Source of the DNA: an uncultured bacterium
Lineage (GTDB): Bacteria > Krumholzibacteriota > Krumholzibacteriia > LZORAL124-64-63
Assembly: GCA_963727525.1 (NCBI GenBank)
Contig: CAVSGO010000006.1
Coordinates: forward strand, 96,001 to 160,000
Direction of reading: 5' to 3'
Length of the DNA: 64,000 nt
The position numbers and the translations under genes are program-made. Positions 1-9,374 of this stretch are shown piece by piece (position 1 is the first letter of the stretch; each line of letters opens with the position of its first letter). Under the pieces are notes generated by a model that did not search any database, had not been told where the DNA came from, and saw only the letters and a program-made list of their open reading frames with translations.

Positions 1-513
1 GCCGCACCGGTGGAACCTCTACGGCTCGTCAAGACCCTCGGCGCGGCCGCCGCCGCGCAATACGACCTCCACGACCTCCTGCTCGGCGTGCAGACCGCTG
101 GCGTGGGCGACGCGATGGTGCTGTGGCTTCTCGCGGGCGGTGTCTTCCTATTCCTCGTCCGGCAGGTGCCCTGGCAGATTCCGATCGGTGTCGTCGCCGG
201 CGTGGTGCTCTGCGCCTGGCTGCTCGGCATGGCCGACCCCGGGCGCACGGCCACGCCGGCCTTCCAGCTCCTGGCGGGCGGTACGGTGTTCATGGCGTTC
301 TTTCTGGCGCCGGAGCACACGACATCGCCGGTCAACCCGTGGCCGATGTTCCTCTACGGGTGGTTGGGCGGCGTGTTGCTCGTGCTGATCCGCGCGTTCT
401 CGAGTCACATCGACGGCACGGTATTCGCCGTGCTGCTGATGAACGTCGCCTGTCCGCTGCTCGACCGCCTGGGGCCCCGGATCGTCGGCCTGGAGGTGCC
501 ACGCGATGCGTGA
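1..513 (+). CDS. rnfD: Rnf electron transport complex subunit D, 5'-truncated by the window edge
   Basis: Frame open from base 1. Hydrophobic, with RnfD C-terminal motifs LLAGG..FMAFFLAPEHTTSP, YGWLGG.L..LIR, DGTVFAVLLMN..PLLD. Lies directly upstream of rnfG. Confidence 0.9.
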   Translation, partial: AAPVEPLRLVKTLGAAAAAQYDLHDLLLGVQTAGVGDAMVLWLLAGGVFLFLVRQVPWQIPIGVVAGVVLCAWLLGMADPGRTATPAFQLLAGGTVFMAFFLAPEHTTSPVNPWPMFLYGWLGGVLLVLIRAFSSHIDGTVFAVLLMNVACPLLDRLGPRIVGLEVPRDA

Positions 514-1111
514 AATCGGTCGCCTGGTGCTGGTGCTCGGGCTCATCGGCGTGGTGAGCGCGTCGTCGCTGGCATACGTGCGCACGACCCTCGCTCCCCG
601 GATCGAGCGGCAGAACGATTTCTACGTGCGCGGGCCGGCGCTCGAACGGCTGTTCCAGCAGCCGGCACGCACTCTCCTGGGCAACAAGGTGACGCTGGAT
701 GCGGCCGGCACCCGCTACCTGATCTTCTTTCGGCGAGTGGACGGCGACGTCACGGGTCTCGCCGTGGAAGCGCCTGGCCACGGCGGCTACGCCGGCGACG
801 TGGTGATGATGGTCGGACTCGATCTTGTCACCGAACGGATGCTCGGCGTGGAGATCGTCTCGCACGGCGAGACCCCGGGCGTGGGTGCCCGGATCGAGAG
901 ACCGACATTCCGCAAGCAGTGGCGAGGCTTGCCGATGGACGACACGCTGAATCTGCGCACTGCGGGCGGCAACATCGACGCGATCAGCGGTGCCACCTTC
1001 TCGTCGCGTGCCATGATCGACGGCACCAACCAGGTCGATGGCCCTGATGCGGGATCACAGGGCCGACATCCTGGCGCGCATAGCCGGGAACTAGACGGAG
1101 AGCGGTCATGA
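506..1111 (+). CDS. rnfG: Rnf subunit G (FMN-binding); probable +1 frameshift near 1037, corrected stop likely TAG at 1092-1094
   Basis: N-terminal TM anchor, GYAG, ETPGVG and the FMN-attachment motif [10 protein letters not shown]. Removing one base in caggtcgatg gives the helical tail [20 protein letters not shown]. Confidence 0.9.
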   Translation: MREIGRLVLVLGLIGVVSASSLAYVRTTLAPRIERQNDFYVRGPALERLFQQPARTLLGNKVTLDAAGTRYLIFFRRVDGDVTGLAVEAPGHGGYAGDVVMMVGLDLVTERMLGVEIVSHGETPGVGARIERPTFRKQWRGLPMDDTLNLRTAGGNIDAISGATFSSRAMIDGTNQVDGPDAGSQGRHPGAHSRELDGERS

Positions 1112-1720
1112 CGTTCAGGCAGGCACTCACTCACGGGTTCTGGCGAGACCTGCCGCCTTTCCGGCTGGTGCTTGGCCTCTGCCCGGCTCTGGCCGTCACC
1201 TCGGCCGCGCCCAACGGGCTGGGCATGGGGTTGGCGGTGACCTTCGTGCTGATCTTCTCCAACATGTTCATCTCGCTGCTGCGCCGGGTGATCCCCGAGC
1301 GAGGTACGGATCGCCAGCTACATCGTGGTGATCGCCAGCCTCGTGGTGCTCGTGGAACTGGGCATGAAGGCGTTCTTCTTCTCGCTCTCCCAGCAGTTGG
1401 GGATCTACATCCCGCTCATCGTCGTGAACTGCATCCTGCTGGGGCGCGCCGAGGCGTTCGCCTCGCGCAATCCTGTGCTGCTGTCCGTGGCCGACGGGGT
1501 GAGCGTGGGGCTGGGCTACACGGTCTCGCTCACGTTGATGGCGTCGGTGCGCGAGGTCCTGGGCGCCGGCACGTGGTTCGGCCATACAGTGTTCGGACAT
1601 GGTTTCGAGCCCTTCGGTTTCATGGTCAGGGCGCCGGGGGCGTTCCTCTGCCTGGGCCTGCTCCTCGGACTGATGAATGCCTGGAGCCGCAAGCGCGGCG
1701 AGTTCTTCGTGCAGACGTGA
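1108..1720 (+). CDS. rnfE: Rnf subunit E, split by a +1 frameshift at about 1293-1296
   Basis: First half has [12 protein letters not shown]. Second half, in another frame, has [42 protein letters not shown] and APGAFL. One extra C in atccccgagc separates the frames. Confidence 0.88.
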
Positions 1721-1734
1721 CGGGAGACCGTGCC

Positions 1735-2310
1735 ATGAACCTGATTCTGCTGACCGTGAGTGCGATCTTCGTACACAACATCCTGCTGGCGCAATACCTG
1801 GGCAACTGCCCGTTCTGCGGCGTATCGAAGAGGATCGAAACCGCGACCGGCATGGCGGTGGCCGTGGTATTCGTGACCACTCTGGCGTCGATCTTCACCT
1901 GGGGCACGTATCACCAGATTCTCGTGCCATTGCACCTGGAGTACCTGCAAACGCTGGTCTTCATCCTGGTGATCGCGGCCCTCGTGCAGTTCGTGGAGAT
2001 CTTCCTCAAGAAGAAGAGCCGTTCCCTCTACAACGCGCTCGGGATCTACCTGCCACTGATCACCACGAACTGCGCCGTGCTGGGGATCGCGTTGCTCAAT
2101 ATCAAGAACAACTTCGGCTTCGTGCACATGGTGGTGTATTCCGCCGCCAGCTCGGCGGGATTCGGCCTTGCCATCGTGCTGTTCGCCGGGGTGCGCGAGC
2201 GCCTCTTCCTGTCGCCGGTGCCGCGGTCCATGCAGGGGACGGCGATCGCCCTCGTCACGGCCGGCATCATGTCGCTCGCGTTCCTGGGGTTCGCGGGCAT
2301 GGTCGAGTAG
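1735..2310 (+). CDS. rnfA: Rnf subunit A
   Basis: GGAG RBS then ATG 1735. Motifs [43 protein letters not shown]. Confidence 0.95.
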   Translation: MNLILLTVSAIFVHNILLAQYLGNCPFCGVSKRIETATGMAVAVVFVTTLASIFTWGTYHQILVPLHLEYLQTLVFILVIAALVQFVEIFLKKKSRSLYNALGIYLPLITTNCAVLGIALLNIKNNFGFVHMVVYSAASSAGFGLAIVLFAGVRERLFLSPVPRSMQGTAIALVTAGIMSLAFLGFAGMVE

Positions 2311-2325
2311 CCACGGAGACGCACC

Positions 2326-4416
2326 ATGTGGATCCCCGCTGTCGTCCTCGGAGGTATCGCCGCGATCGCGGCGGTGGTGCTGGGCATTGCGGCGCGCGTC
2401 TTCCACGTTCAGGAAGATCCGCGGATCAAGGCCGTCAATGACCTGCTCGCCGGCGCCAACTGCGGGGGCTGCGGCTACGCGGGCTGCGTCGCCTGTGCGG
2501 AGGCGATCGTCCGCGGCGAGGTGGAGCCCAACGCATGCGTGGTCGGTCAGGCCGATGTGGCGCGCGCCGTCGCCTCGTTTCTGGGCATGGAACTGGCCGA
2601 CACGGAGCCGCAGATCGCGTGCCCCGACTGCCAGGGAGGGTTGCGCGCCTCGCGCAAGTACGCCTACGCCGGCTTTGACGACTGCCGCGCTGCTATGCTC
2701 TATTTCCACGGCCCCGTGTCATGCCAGCACGGATGCCTCGGGCTGGGCACCTGCATCCGCGCCTGCAAGTTCGGGGCGATCACGATGGGGCCCGCCGGGT
2801 TGCCCCTCTTCGATCCTACGCGCTGCGTGGCCTGCGGCGCCTGCGCTCGCGCTTGCCCCAAGGGCATCATCTCGATCATTTCCGAGACGACCAAGATCCT
2901 GCACTGGAATCGCTACACCGAATGCCTGGCCCCGTGCCGGCAGAAGTGTCCGGCGCAGATCAACATCCCCAAGTACATCGAGCACCTGAAGCGCGGCGAG
3001 TTCGCCGAGGCGTTGCTGACGATCAAGGAGAGCAACCCGCTACCGCTCTCCACGGGCCGGGTATGCCCCGAGCCGTGTGCCCTGGCCTGCCGGCGACATA
3101 TCGGCGACGAACCGGTAGCGATCAACTATCTCAAGCGCTTCGCGGCCGACTGGGAAATGAGCTCGGGGCGCCGCCTGCACATCCCTGTGCTTCCGGATAC
3201 CGGCCGGAAGGTCGCGGTGATCGGAGGCGGGCCAGCCGGACTGTCCGCGGCCTACTTCCTGCGCCGCCTCGGCCACGCCGTCACCATCTATGATCAGATG
3301 CCGGCGCTCGGCGGCATGCTGCGCTACGGCATTCCGGAGTACCGTCTTCCCAAGCGTGTTCTCGACTGGGAGATCGAGGGCATCCTGGCACTCGGCATCC
3401 AGGCCGCGACCGGTGTCGCTCTGGGCAAGGACTTCACCATCGATTTCCTGCGCGCCAATGGTCACGACGCGATCTTCCTCGCCGTGGGTGCATGGCGCGA
3501 CAATGGCCTTGGCCTCGAGGACGACGGCGTCTCTGGTATCGTGAGCGGCATCGAGTTGCTGCGGCGCATGCAGACGTCCGCGCCGATCCCCTTACGTGGA
3601 CACGTGATCGTGATCGGCGGCGGCAACACCGCCATCGATGCCGCGCGCACCGCCCTGCGAGCCGGCGCGAGTCGGGTGAGCATCGTGTATCGCCGTTCGC
3701 GCGACGAGATGCCGGCGAATCCGGCCGAGATCGTGGCCGCTGACGAGGAGGGCGTGCGATACCGCTTCCTCAGCGCGCCCAACCGCATCGTATCCGACGC
3801 CGGCCACGTCACCGGGCTCGAGATTCTGCGCATGGAGCTGGGCGAACCCGATCCCAGCGGTCGGCGAAGGCCCGTGGCGATCGCGGGATCGGAAGAGACG
3901 ATCCCGTGCGACCTGATCATCGAGGCCGTGGGCCAGATGCCCGACATCGATTTCCTTGCGGTGCCGGGCATGCCGTCGTTGCCGACAACGCGCTGGAACA
4001 CGATCGACGCCAGCGAGGACACGCTACAGACCGATGTGCCCTACATCTTCACCGGTGGTGATTGCTTCACGGGACCCTCGCTCATGGTCAACGCGATCGG
4101 TGCTGGTCGGTATGCGGCACGATCGATCCACTATTACGTGACCGAGGGCAGGATTCCGCCAATCGAGCACCGACAGACCGAACTCATCAGCGACTCGCTC
4201 TACGAGTCCATCGCGGGTGTGGCACCCCGCCCTCGGGTGCACGAGCCCGTCGTGACGCTGCAGGACCGCCTCGGCACTTTCAATGAGGTCGAGGGCACGA
4301 TCGACGAAGAGGATGCCCTCTACGAGGCCGCGCGTTGCCTGCATTGCGGCACCTACTGCTATGACCACGATCTGGAGCAGGAACGTCTGCGGCAGGAGAC
4401 CGAGCAGCCGGCGTGA
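2326..4416 (+). CDS. rnfB: RnfB fused to a GltD/NfnL-like Fe-S flavoprotein
   Basis: TM anchor, GANCGGCGYAGC, ferredoxin Cys motifs (CLGLGTCIRAC, CVACGACARACP). Then APCRQKCPA, GRVCPEPC..ACRR, GGGPAG, GGGNTAID, YRRSR and EAARCLHC. Confidence 0.92.
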   Translation: MWIPAVVLGGIAAIAAVVLGIAARVFHVQEDPRIKAVNDLLAGANCGGCGYAGCVACAEAIVRGEVEPNACVVGQADVARAVASFLGMELADTEPQIACPDCQGGLRASRKYAYAGFDDCRAAMLYFHGPVSCQHGCLGLGTCIRACKFGAITMGPAGLPLFDPTRCVACGACARACPKGIISIISETTKILHWNRYTECLAPCRQKCPAQINIPKYIEHLKRGEFAEALLTIKESNPLPLSTGRVCPEPCALACRRHIGDEPVAINYLKRFAADWEMSSGRRLHIPVLPDTGRKVAVIGGGPAGLSAAYFLRRLGHAVTIYDQMPALGGMLRYGIPEYRLPKRVLDWEIEGILALGIQAATGVALGKDFTIDFLRANGHDAIFLAVGAWRDNGLGLEDDGVSGIVSGIELLRRMQTSAPIPLRGHVIVIGGGNTAIDAARTALRAGASRVSIVYRRSRDEMPANPAEIVAADEEGVRYRFLSAPNRIVSDAGHVTGLEILRMELGEPDPSGRRRPVAIAGSEETIPCDLIIEAVGQMPDIDFLAVPGMPSLPTTRWNTIDASEDTLQTDVPYIFTGGDCFTGPSLMVNAIGAGRYAARSIHYYVTEGRIPPIEHRQTELISDSLYESIAGVAPRPRVHEPVVTLQDRLGTFNEVEGTIDEEDALYEAARCLHCGTYCYDHDLEQERLRQETEQPA

Positions 4417-4446
4417 TCCGGCCGCCATGCAGAAAGGTACGGCAAG

Positions 4447-4854
4447 GTGTATCTACGGACCGCGCGAAATCGCCTGCAGTTCGTGCTCTGGCTCGTCGCG
4501 GTGCACTCTGCCGCCGTTGCCGTGGGACTCATGGCGCATCCCGTAGCGCTGCTGGAACGCCTCGGCTTCGCCGCCGTGGGCGAGCCGTTCTTCCCGACCC
4601 AGGGCGGCGTCTTCCATCTGGTCATGGCGGTAGGCTACGCGATGGCTGCCTGGTCGCCGGATCGCAACCGCTGCCTGGCCGTGTTCTCGATCGTGGTCAA
4701 GGTTCTGGCCACGCTCTTTCTGCTCGTCTATTGGTTCGTGATCTCTCGTCTACCGGCGGTGCTGCTTTCCGGCCTGGTCGACGGCGCCATGGCGGTAATG
4801 ATCGCGCTCGCGTACGCGGCATGGCGACGCGAGCAAGCACGCGAGGTGTCGTGA
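4447..4854 (+). CDS. Small membrane protein (about 4 TM), unknown function
   Basis: 135 aa with four hydrophobic segments. Its stop overlaps the next start (TGATG). Confidence 0.75.
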   Translation: MYLRTARNRLQFVLWLVAVHSAAVAVGLMAHPVALLERLGFAAVGEPFFPTQGGVFHLVMAVGYAMAAWSPDRNRCLAVFSIVVKVLATLFLLVYWFVISRLPAVLLSGLVDGAMAVMIALAYAAWRREQAREVS

Positions 4855-6524
4855 TGGACACGAAGCTGCCCGGAATCGTCGTGACCGGCGCCTCCGGCTT
4901 CATCGGTCGGCACTTCCTGGCCAGTGCGGCCGGACGCTACCGGCTGTTCTGTCTGGCGCGCCGCTCGCGCGAGGAGTCGCAGATTCCCGCCTACGAAAAC
5001 CTGCATTGGTCGCAGGTTGACGTTGCGCGCTGGGACGACCTACGCGAGGTCGTGCATTGCGTGAAGAGCCATGGAGGCGCGTCTGCCGTGCTTCATCTCG
5101 CCGGCTACTACGACTTCCACAACATGGAGCACCCCGAATACGAACGCACGAACGTGAAGGGGACCCGCAACGTTCTCAAACTGGCGCGTCAGCTCGGTGT
5201 CGGTCGCTTCATCTTCGCCAGCTCCCTGGCCGCGTGCCGGTTTCCGCCGGCGGGCCTGGCGATCACCGAGGATTCGCCGGCCGACGCCGGATTCGCCTAT
5301 GCCCGGAGCAAGCGCGACGCGGAGGAACTCATCTGCGCGCATACCCAATGGATCCCAGCGTCCATCGTGCGCCTCGCTGCGGTCTATAGCGACTGGTGCG
5401 AGTATCCACCGCTCTATGTCTTCCTGAAGACGTGGCTATCGGACGGCTGGAACGCCTGCATTCTCGGGGGGCGCGGCGAATCGGCGGTGCCGTACATTCA
5501 CGTCCAGGATCTGGTGAAGCTCTTTCATGTGATCCTCGAGCGCAGCGCTACGCTGCCGCGACTGGCCGTGTACAACGCCAGCCCGAATTCAGTGGCCAGC
5601 CATCGGGATCTGTTCCAGATGGCGACGCGTGCATACTACGGCACGGACATCCAGCCGCGATGCGTGCCGCGCGTACTGGCGGTACCGGGCGTGTTCCTGC
5701 GCTGGTGGCTCGGCAAGGCCCGAGGGGCGGCGCCGTTCGAGGCGCCCTGGATGATGCGGTATGTGGACGCGCAGCTCCGGGTCGATGCCAACCGCACCCA
5801 TGCGGCGCTCGATTGGCGCCCGGCGCCGCGCATGGACGTCGTACGACGGCTACTGGTGATGATCGAGAATATGAAGACGCACTCCGAAATATGGCATCAG
5901 CGCAATGAGGCGGCTCTACGGCGCGTGGCATACCGTCCCAATCTCGTCATCGCCCGGATCCTCGACGACCTGCGCGAGGAGTTGATCGCCCGGATCGCCG
6001 AACGGGTGAATTCACCGGATCTGGCCTCGCAATTCGCCGGATATCACGACATGGAGCGCGAGACGCTCCGCTGGTACCTCGCGTTGCTCTACCAGGTGCT
6101 CGTGGCGTCCGTGCGCACGCGCGACCGGCAGCTCATCCGGCACTACGCCCAGGTCATCGCCACGAGACGCCAGCAGGAGGGTTTCTCGTCCGACGAAGTG
6201 CGCGACTTCCTGATCCTGGTGGGCAAGATCGTGACTGAGACGTTGCGCACGCATGCCGAGCTTGTGGGGCACGAGCAGCCCATTCACGACAATGTCGGTC
6301 TGGCGTTCCAGCTCGCGGTCGACGGCATCGAGGACGTCTACGAAGCTCACGAGGCGCTCAATCCGGAATTGATTGCGCGGGGGCAGGGCTTCGCGGAACT
6401 GGGCTCGAACCGCGACCTCGAGCATATGGTTCACCAGCTCCGCGATCTCTGTGGCGATGTGTTCCCGACGCCCGGTGTCCACGCGAACACGGCCACGACG
6501 GATCGTCCCGTCATCGGACCATGA
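4854..6524 (+). CDS. Extended SDR (NAD-dependent epimerase/dehydratase) with a C-terminal helical RsbRD_N/globin-like domain
   Basis: TGASGFIG, HLAG, NVKGT, FASS and YARSK motifs. C-terminal ~170 aa helical region contains RQQEGFSSDEV. Confidence 0.85.
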   Translation: MDTKLPGIVVTGASGFIGRHFLASAAGRYRLFCLARRSREESQIPAYENLHWSQVDVARWDDLREVVHCVKSHGGASAVLHLAGYYDFHNMEHPEYERTNVKGTRNVLKLARQLGVGRFIFASSLAACRFPPAGLAITEDSPADAGFAYARSKRDAEELICAHTQWIPASIVRLAAVYSDWCEYPPLYVFLKTWLSDGWNACILGGRGESAVPYIHVQDLVKLFHVILERSATLPRLAVYNASPNSVASHRDLFQMATRAYYGTDIQPRCVPRVLAVPGVFLRWWLGKARGAAPFEAPWMMRYVDAQLRVDANRTHAALDWRPAPRMDVVRRLLVMIENMKTHSEIWHQRNEAALRRVAYRPNLVIARILDDLREELIARIAERVNSPDLASQFAGYHDMERETLRWYLALLYQVLVASVRTRDRQLIRHYAQVIATRRQQEGFSSDEVRDFLILVGKIVTETLRTHAELVGHEQPIHDNVGLAFQLAVDGIEDVYEAHEALNPELIARGQGFAELGSNRDLEHMVHQLRDLCGDVFPTPGVHANTATTDRPVIGP

Positions 6525-7983
6525 CCATCTTGCGCGTGAGCACGTGGCCCGCCTGCTCGAGGCGGTACACGTAGACCCCGGCCGGCATCGCGGCGCCTTG
6601 GTCGTCGGTGCCGGCCCACATCGTCACGTGGTGGCCGCCGTCGCGTTCGGCGTCGACGAGGGTCCGTATCCGTCGGCCGCGCTGGTCGAAGATGGCAAGT
6701 GTGACGTGATCTCCGCCGCGCCGCACGTCGTACCCGATCGTGGTCTGGGGATTGAAGGGGTTGGGAATGTTCTGCTCGAGGGCGATGGCGTTGGGCACGC
6801 TGTCGATGTTGACCGTGGTGCCCGTGATGCGGTAGACCGTATCGCCGCCGACGTCGACCACGTACAGTTCGCCGAGCCCATCCTGGCCGATCGACGCGAG
6901 CCCGCCGAAGCCGCCCGGCGGCGTGATCTGGTCGGTCCAGTCCGTGACCGGTCCGAATCCGCTCGCTGCCGACCACGCGCCACTCCAGATCTGACCGCTG
7001 CAGTAATCGGCGAAAAAATACTGGCCGGCAAGCGCCGGTAAGGCGTCGCCGCGATAGACGTAGCCGCCTGAGATGGAGCATCGAAACGGGGTGCCGCCGT
7101 GCGAGTACTCGTGGACCGGCAACACCAGGGTGCCGTCGTTGCAATCACTCGGCGGATCGTAGCAACTCGTGCCTTCCATCAGGTGCCAACCGTAGTTCTC
7201 ACCACCGCTCGAGCTGGCGGGTTGGACGTCGATTTCCTCCAGCTCACCCTGGCCCACGTCGGCGATGTAGAGATCTCCGGTCTGTCGATCGAAGGAGAAG
7301 CACCAGGGGTTGCGCAGGCCGTAGGCCCAGATCTCGTCACGCCCGGGCTGGCCCACCAGGGGATTCGAGGGCGGATTGGTGTAGCCGGGTGCCATGGCCA
7401 CGTTGATGCGCAGGATCTTGCCCAGCAACAGGTCGACATTCTGCGCCCTGTTCTGCGGGTCGCCGGCTGAGCCACCGTCGCCCAGGCCGATGTAGAGCAT
7501 GCCGTCCGGCCCGAACTGCAGGCACCCGCCGTTGTGGTTGCTGTACGGCTGTGTCACCGAGATCAGGTGCTCGGCGCTCGTGGGGTCGGCGACGTCGGGA
7601 TCGGCGCTGACATGGTAGCGTACGATCTGCGTGTCGCCGTTGACGTCGGTGTAGTCGACGTAGAAGCGACCCGAGATGTCATAGTCGGGCGCGAAGGCGA
7701 GCCCCAGGAGTCCACGTTCGCTCCCCGTGCCGACCAGATCGGAGATGTCGAGGAAGACATCGAGTCGGTTGCCGCCCTGGTCGTAGACCTCGATACGTCC
7801 ACCCTGCCGCACGACGAAGAGGCGAGGATCGCCATCCGGCGCGACGAGCCGCACGGGCTGAGCGATGTTCGTGATCACCGGTTCAACCGCAAGGACGGCC
7901 GCAGCCAACTGCGGGCGCATGGTTATCGCAACGAGGATGATAACGAGCGCGGCCAGTACGGGCCGCGAGAATGTGCGTAGCAT
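6511..7983 (-). CDS. PQQ-dependent glucose/sorbosone dehydrogenase (GSDH) family protein with FlgD-like CTD
   Basis: Signal peptide; ERGLLGLAF.PDY, NHNGG.L.FGPDG.LYIGLGDGG, GKILRI, YGLRNPW..SFD, GGENYGW; C-terminal QNIPNPFNP...RKMVMVR. Confidence 0.92.
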   Translation of the reverse strand: MLRTFSRPVLAALVIILVAITMRPQLAAAVLAVEPVITNIAQPVRLVAPDGDPRLFVVRQGGRIEVYDQGGNRLDVFLDISDLVGTGSERGLLGLAFAPDYDISGRFYVDYTDVNGDTQIVRYHVSADPDVADPTSAEHLISVTQPYSNHNGGCLQFGPDGMLYIGLGDGGSAGDPQNRAQNVDLLLGKILRINVAMAPGYTNPPSNPLVGQPGRDEIWAYGLRNPWCFSFDRQTGDLYIADVGQGELEEIDVQPASSSGGENYGWHLMEGTSCYDPPSDCNDGTLVLPVHEYSHGGTPFRCSISGGYVYRGDALPALAGQYFFADYCSGQIWSGAWSAASGFGPVTDWTDQITPPGGFGGLASIGQDGLGELYVVDVGGDTVYRITGTTVNIDSVPNAIALEQNIPNPFNPQTTIGYDVRRGGDHVTLAIFDQRGRRIRTLVDAERDGGHHVTMWAGTDDQGAAMPAGVYVYRLEQAGHVLTRKMVMVR

Positions 7984-8328
7984 GCCGTTCCTCCGGATTT
8001 CGGTCGAGATTCCGTCAATACGACGATCGTCAAGTCAGATATTTATACAGGATATTACTCGTCATGTATGGCGCCAGGCAAGTTTTTGACCGGTGGCGGG
8101 AAGATCTTGCCCGATCACGATCAGAACACGCCATTGCGACGTGCGACGCACGATCTCTCCCCGTCCTGGTCGGCACAATTCGAGGAGCGAGTAGAGCGCG
8201 AAACCTCTACCTGTATTACGAAACGGAAAAAGACGACTTTGGTCATGATAACTGATTGCAATATCGCTCGTTACAGCAATATTTTCTCAGTAATTTCTTC
8301 ATTTTCTTCTTTCTCCGAGCGATACTAT

Positions 8329-8344
8329 TGGTGTACGTTTTGCA
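8329..8344 (+). promoter_or_regulatory. Putative sigma-54 (-24/-12) promoter of the multiheme cluster
   Basis: TGGTGTACGTTTTGCA has GG-N10-GC spacing with TTGCA. It sits 50 bp before the ATG, downstream of an AT-rich tract (about 8200-8330). Confidence 0.5.
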
Positions 8345-8393
8345 ACACCTGTCAGCGTATCAACACCTTGATGACCCTGTTCAAGGAGACGGC

Positions 8394-9362
8394 ATGCGCA
8401 CGAACGGCGGATCACCAACCTTCCACGTGATGGCCTTGGCCACGTGCACGGTGCTCTGCCTGGGCCTGATCGCCCTCCTTCCCGGAGTGGCAACGGCCCA
8501 GGACGCGATGCGAACGACCGAGACCTGCCTCGGATGCCACGACGGTCAGGCCGCGAACCTGGTGGGGAGTCCTCACCAGATCACGGCACTGACGGACGCG
8601 GCCGGGGCACGCATTGCTTGCACCGACTGTCACAAGGGCCCTGCCAGCCACTGGGAGGACGACCCCGAATCGAATCCAATGGGCAATCCGGCCACGGTCT
8701 CGGCCGATGCGGCGGCGAAGCTTTGCGCCGGTTGCCACGTCAACCCTCACCAGCAATCGATGATGACCGGCGATCCGCACAACACCGCCGGCGTGTCCTG
8801 CACGAGCTGCCACCAGGTGCATGGTGGAGCGAACCGCGCCGATCTGCTGAAGCAGCCGGAGCCCGGTCTCTGCTACAGCTGCCATGGCGCCGTGCAGGGG
8901 CAATTCGCGCAGCCGTCGCGTCATCCCGTCGCCGATGGGGTCATGACGTGCAGCGACTGCCACCTCAAGTCTGCGGACGCGCGCGGTGCGCTCACATGGT
9001 CGGGCACCAACGCGATGTGCGTGAGCTGCCACGACCAGTTCCAGGGACCGTTTCCCTTCGAGCACCAGGCAACCATGGACTTCTCCACGGAAGAGGGCGG
9101 ATGTCTGAGCTGTCACGACCCGCACGGATCGGCCCTGCCGCGTCTGCTCAAGCAGCCGTACGAGTCGCCTCACTACAACCTCTGTACCCAGTGCCACGCG
9201 GTTCCCAAGCACAACTTCAATCAGGAGCACGGCACCGCCTGGGCGGGCGTGGCCTGCACAGAGTGTCACGTCGACGTTCACGGATCCTACGAGAACCGGC
9301 TGTTCCTGACGCCGGCTCTGCGGGCTCAGGGCTGTTCCGCCGTGGGCTGCCACCATTTCTAG
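8394..9362 (+). CDS. MtrA/DmsE-family decaheme c-type cytochrome
   Basis: AAGGAG RBS; signal peptide; 10 CxxCH plus a terminal CSAVGCH; family motifs CTSCHQVHG, F.QPSRHPV.DG.M.CSDCH, GPFPFEH, CLSCHDPHGS...LLK. Confidence 0.92.
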   Translation: MRTNGGSPTFHVMALATCTVLCLGLIALLPGVATAQDAMRTTETCLGCHDGQAANLVGSPHQITALTDAAGARIACTDCHKGPASHWEDDPESNPMGNPATVSADAAAKLCAGCHVNPHQQSMMTGDPHNTAGVSCTSCHQVHGGANRADLLKQPEPGLCYSCHGAVQGQFAQPSRHPVADGVMTCSDCHLKSADARGALTWSGTNAMCVSCHDQFQGPFPFEHQATMDFSTEEGGCLSCHDPHGSALPRLLKQPYESPHYNLCTQCHAVPKHNFNQEHGTAWAGVACTECHVDVHGSYENRLFLTPALRAQGCSAVGCHHF

Positions 9363-9374
9363 AAGGGGCGACCA

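Noticed and set aside
1108-2310. 400-aa RnfE-RnfA fusion ORF
   Set aside because: The middle is out-of-frame nonsense caused by the rnfE frameshift; rnfA has its own RBS and ATG at 1735.
4413-4853. N-terminal extension of the SDR ORF
   Set aside because: It overlaps the membrane-protein gene in another frame; the SDR motif starts right after ATG 4854.
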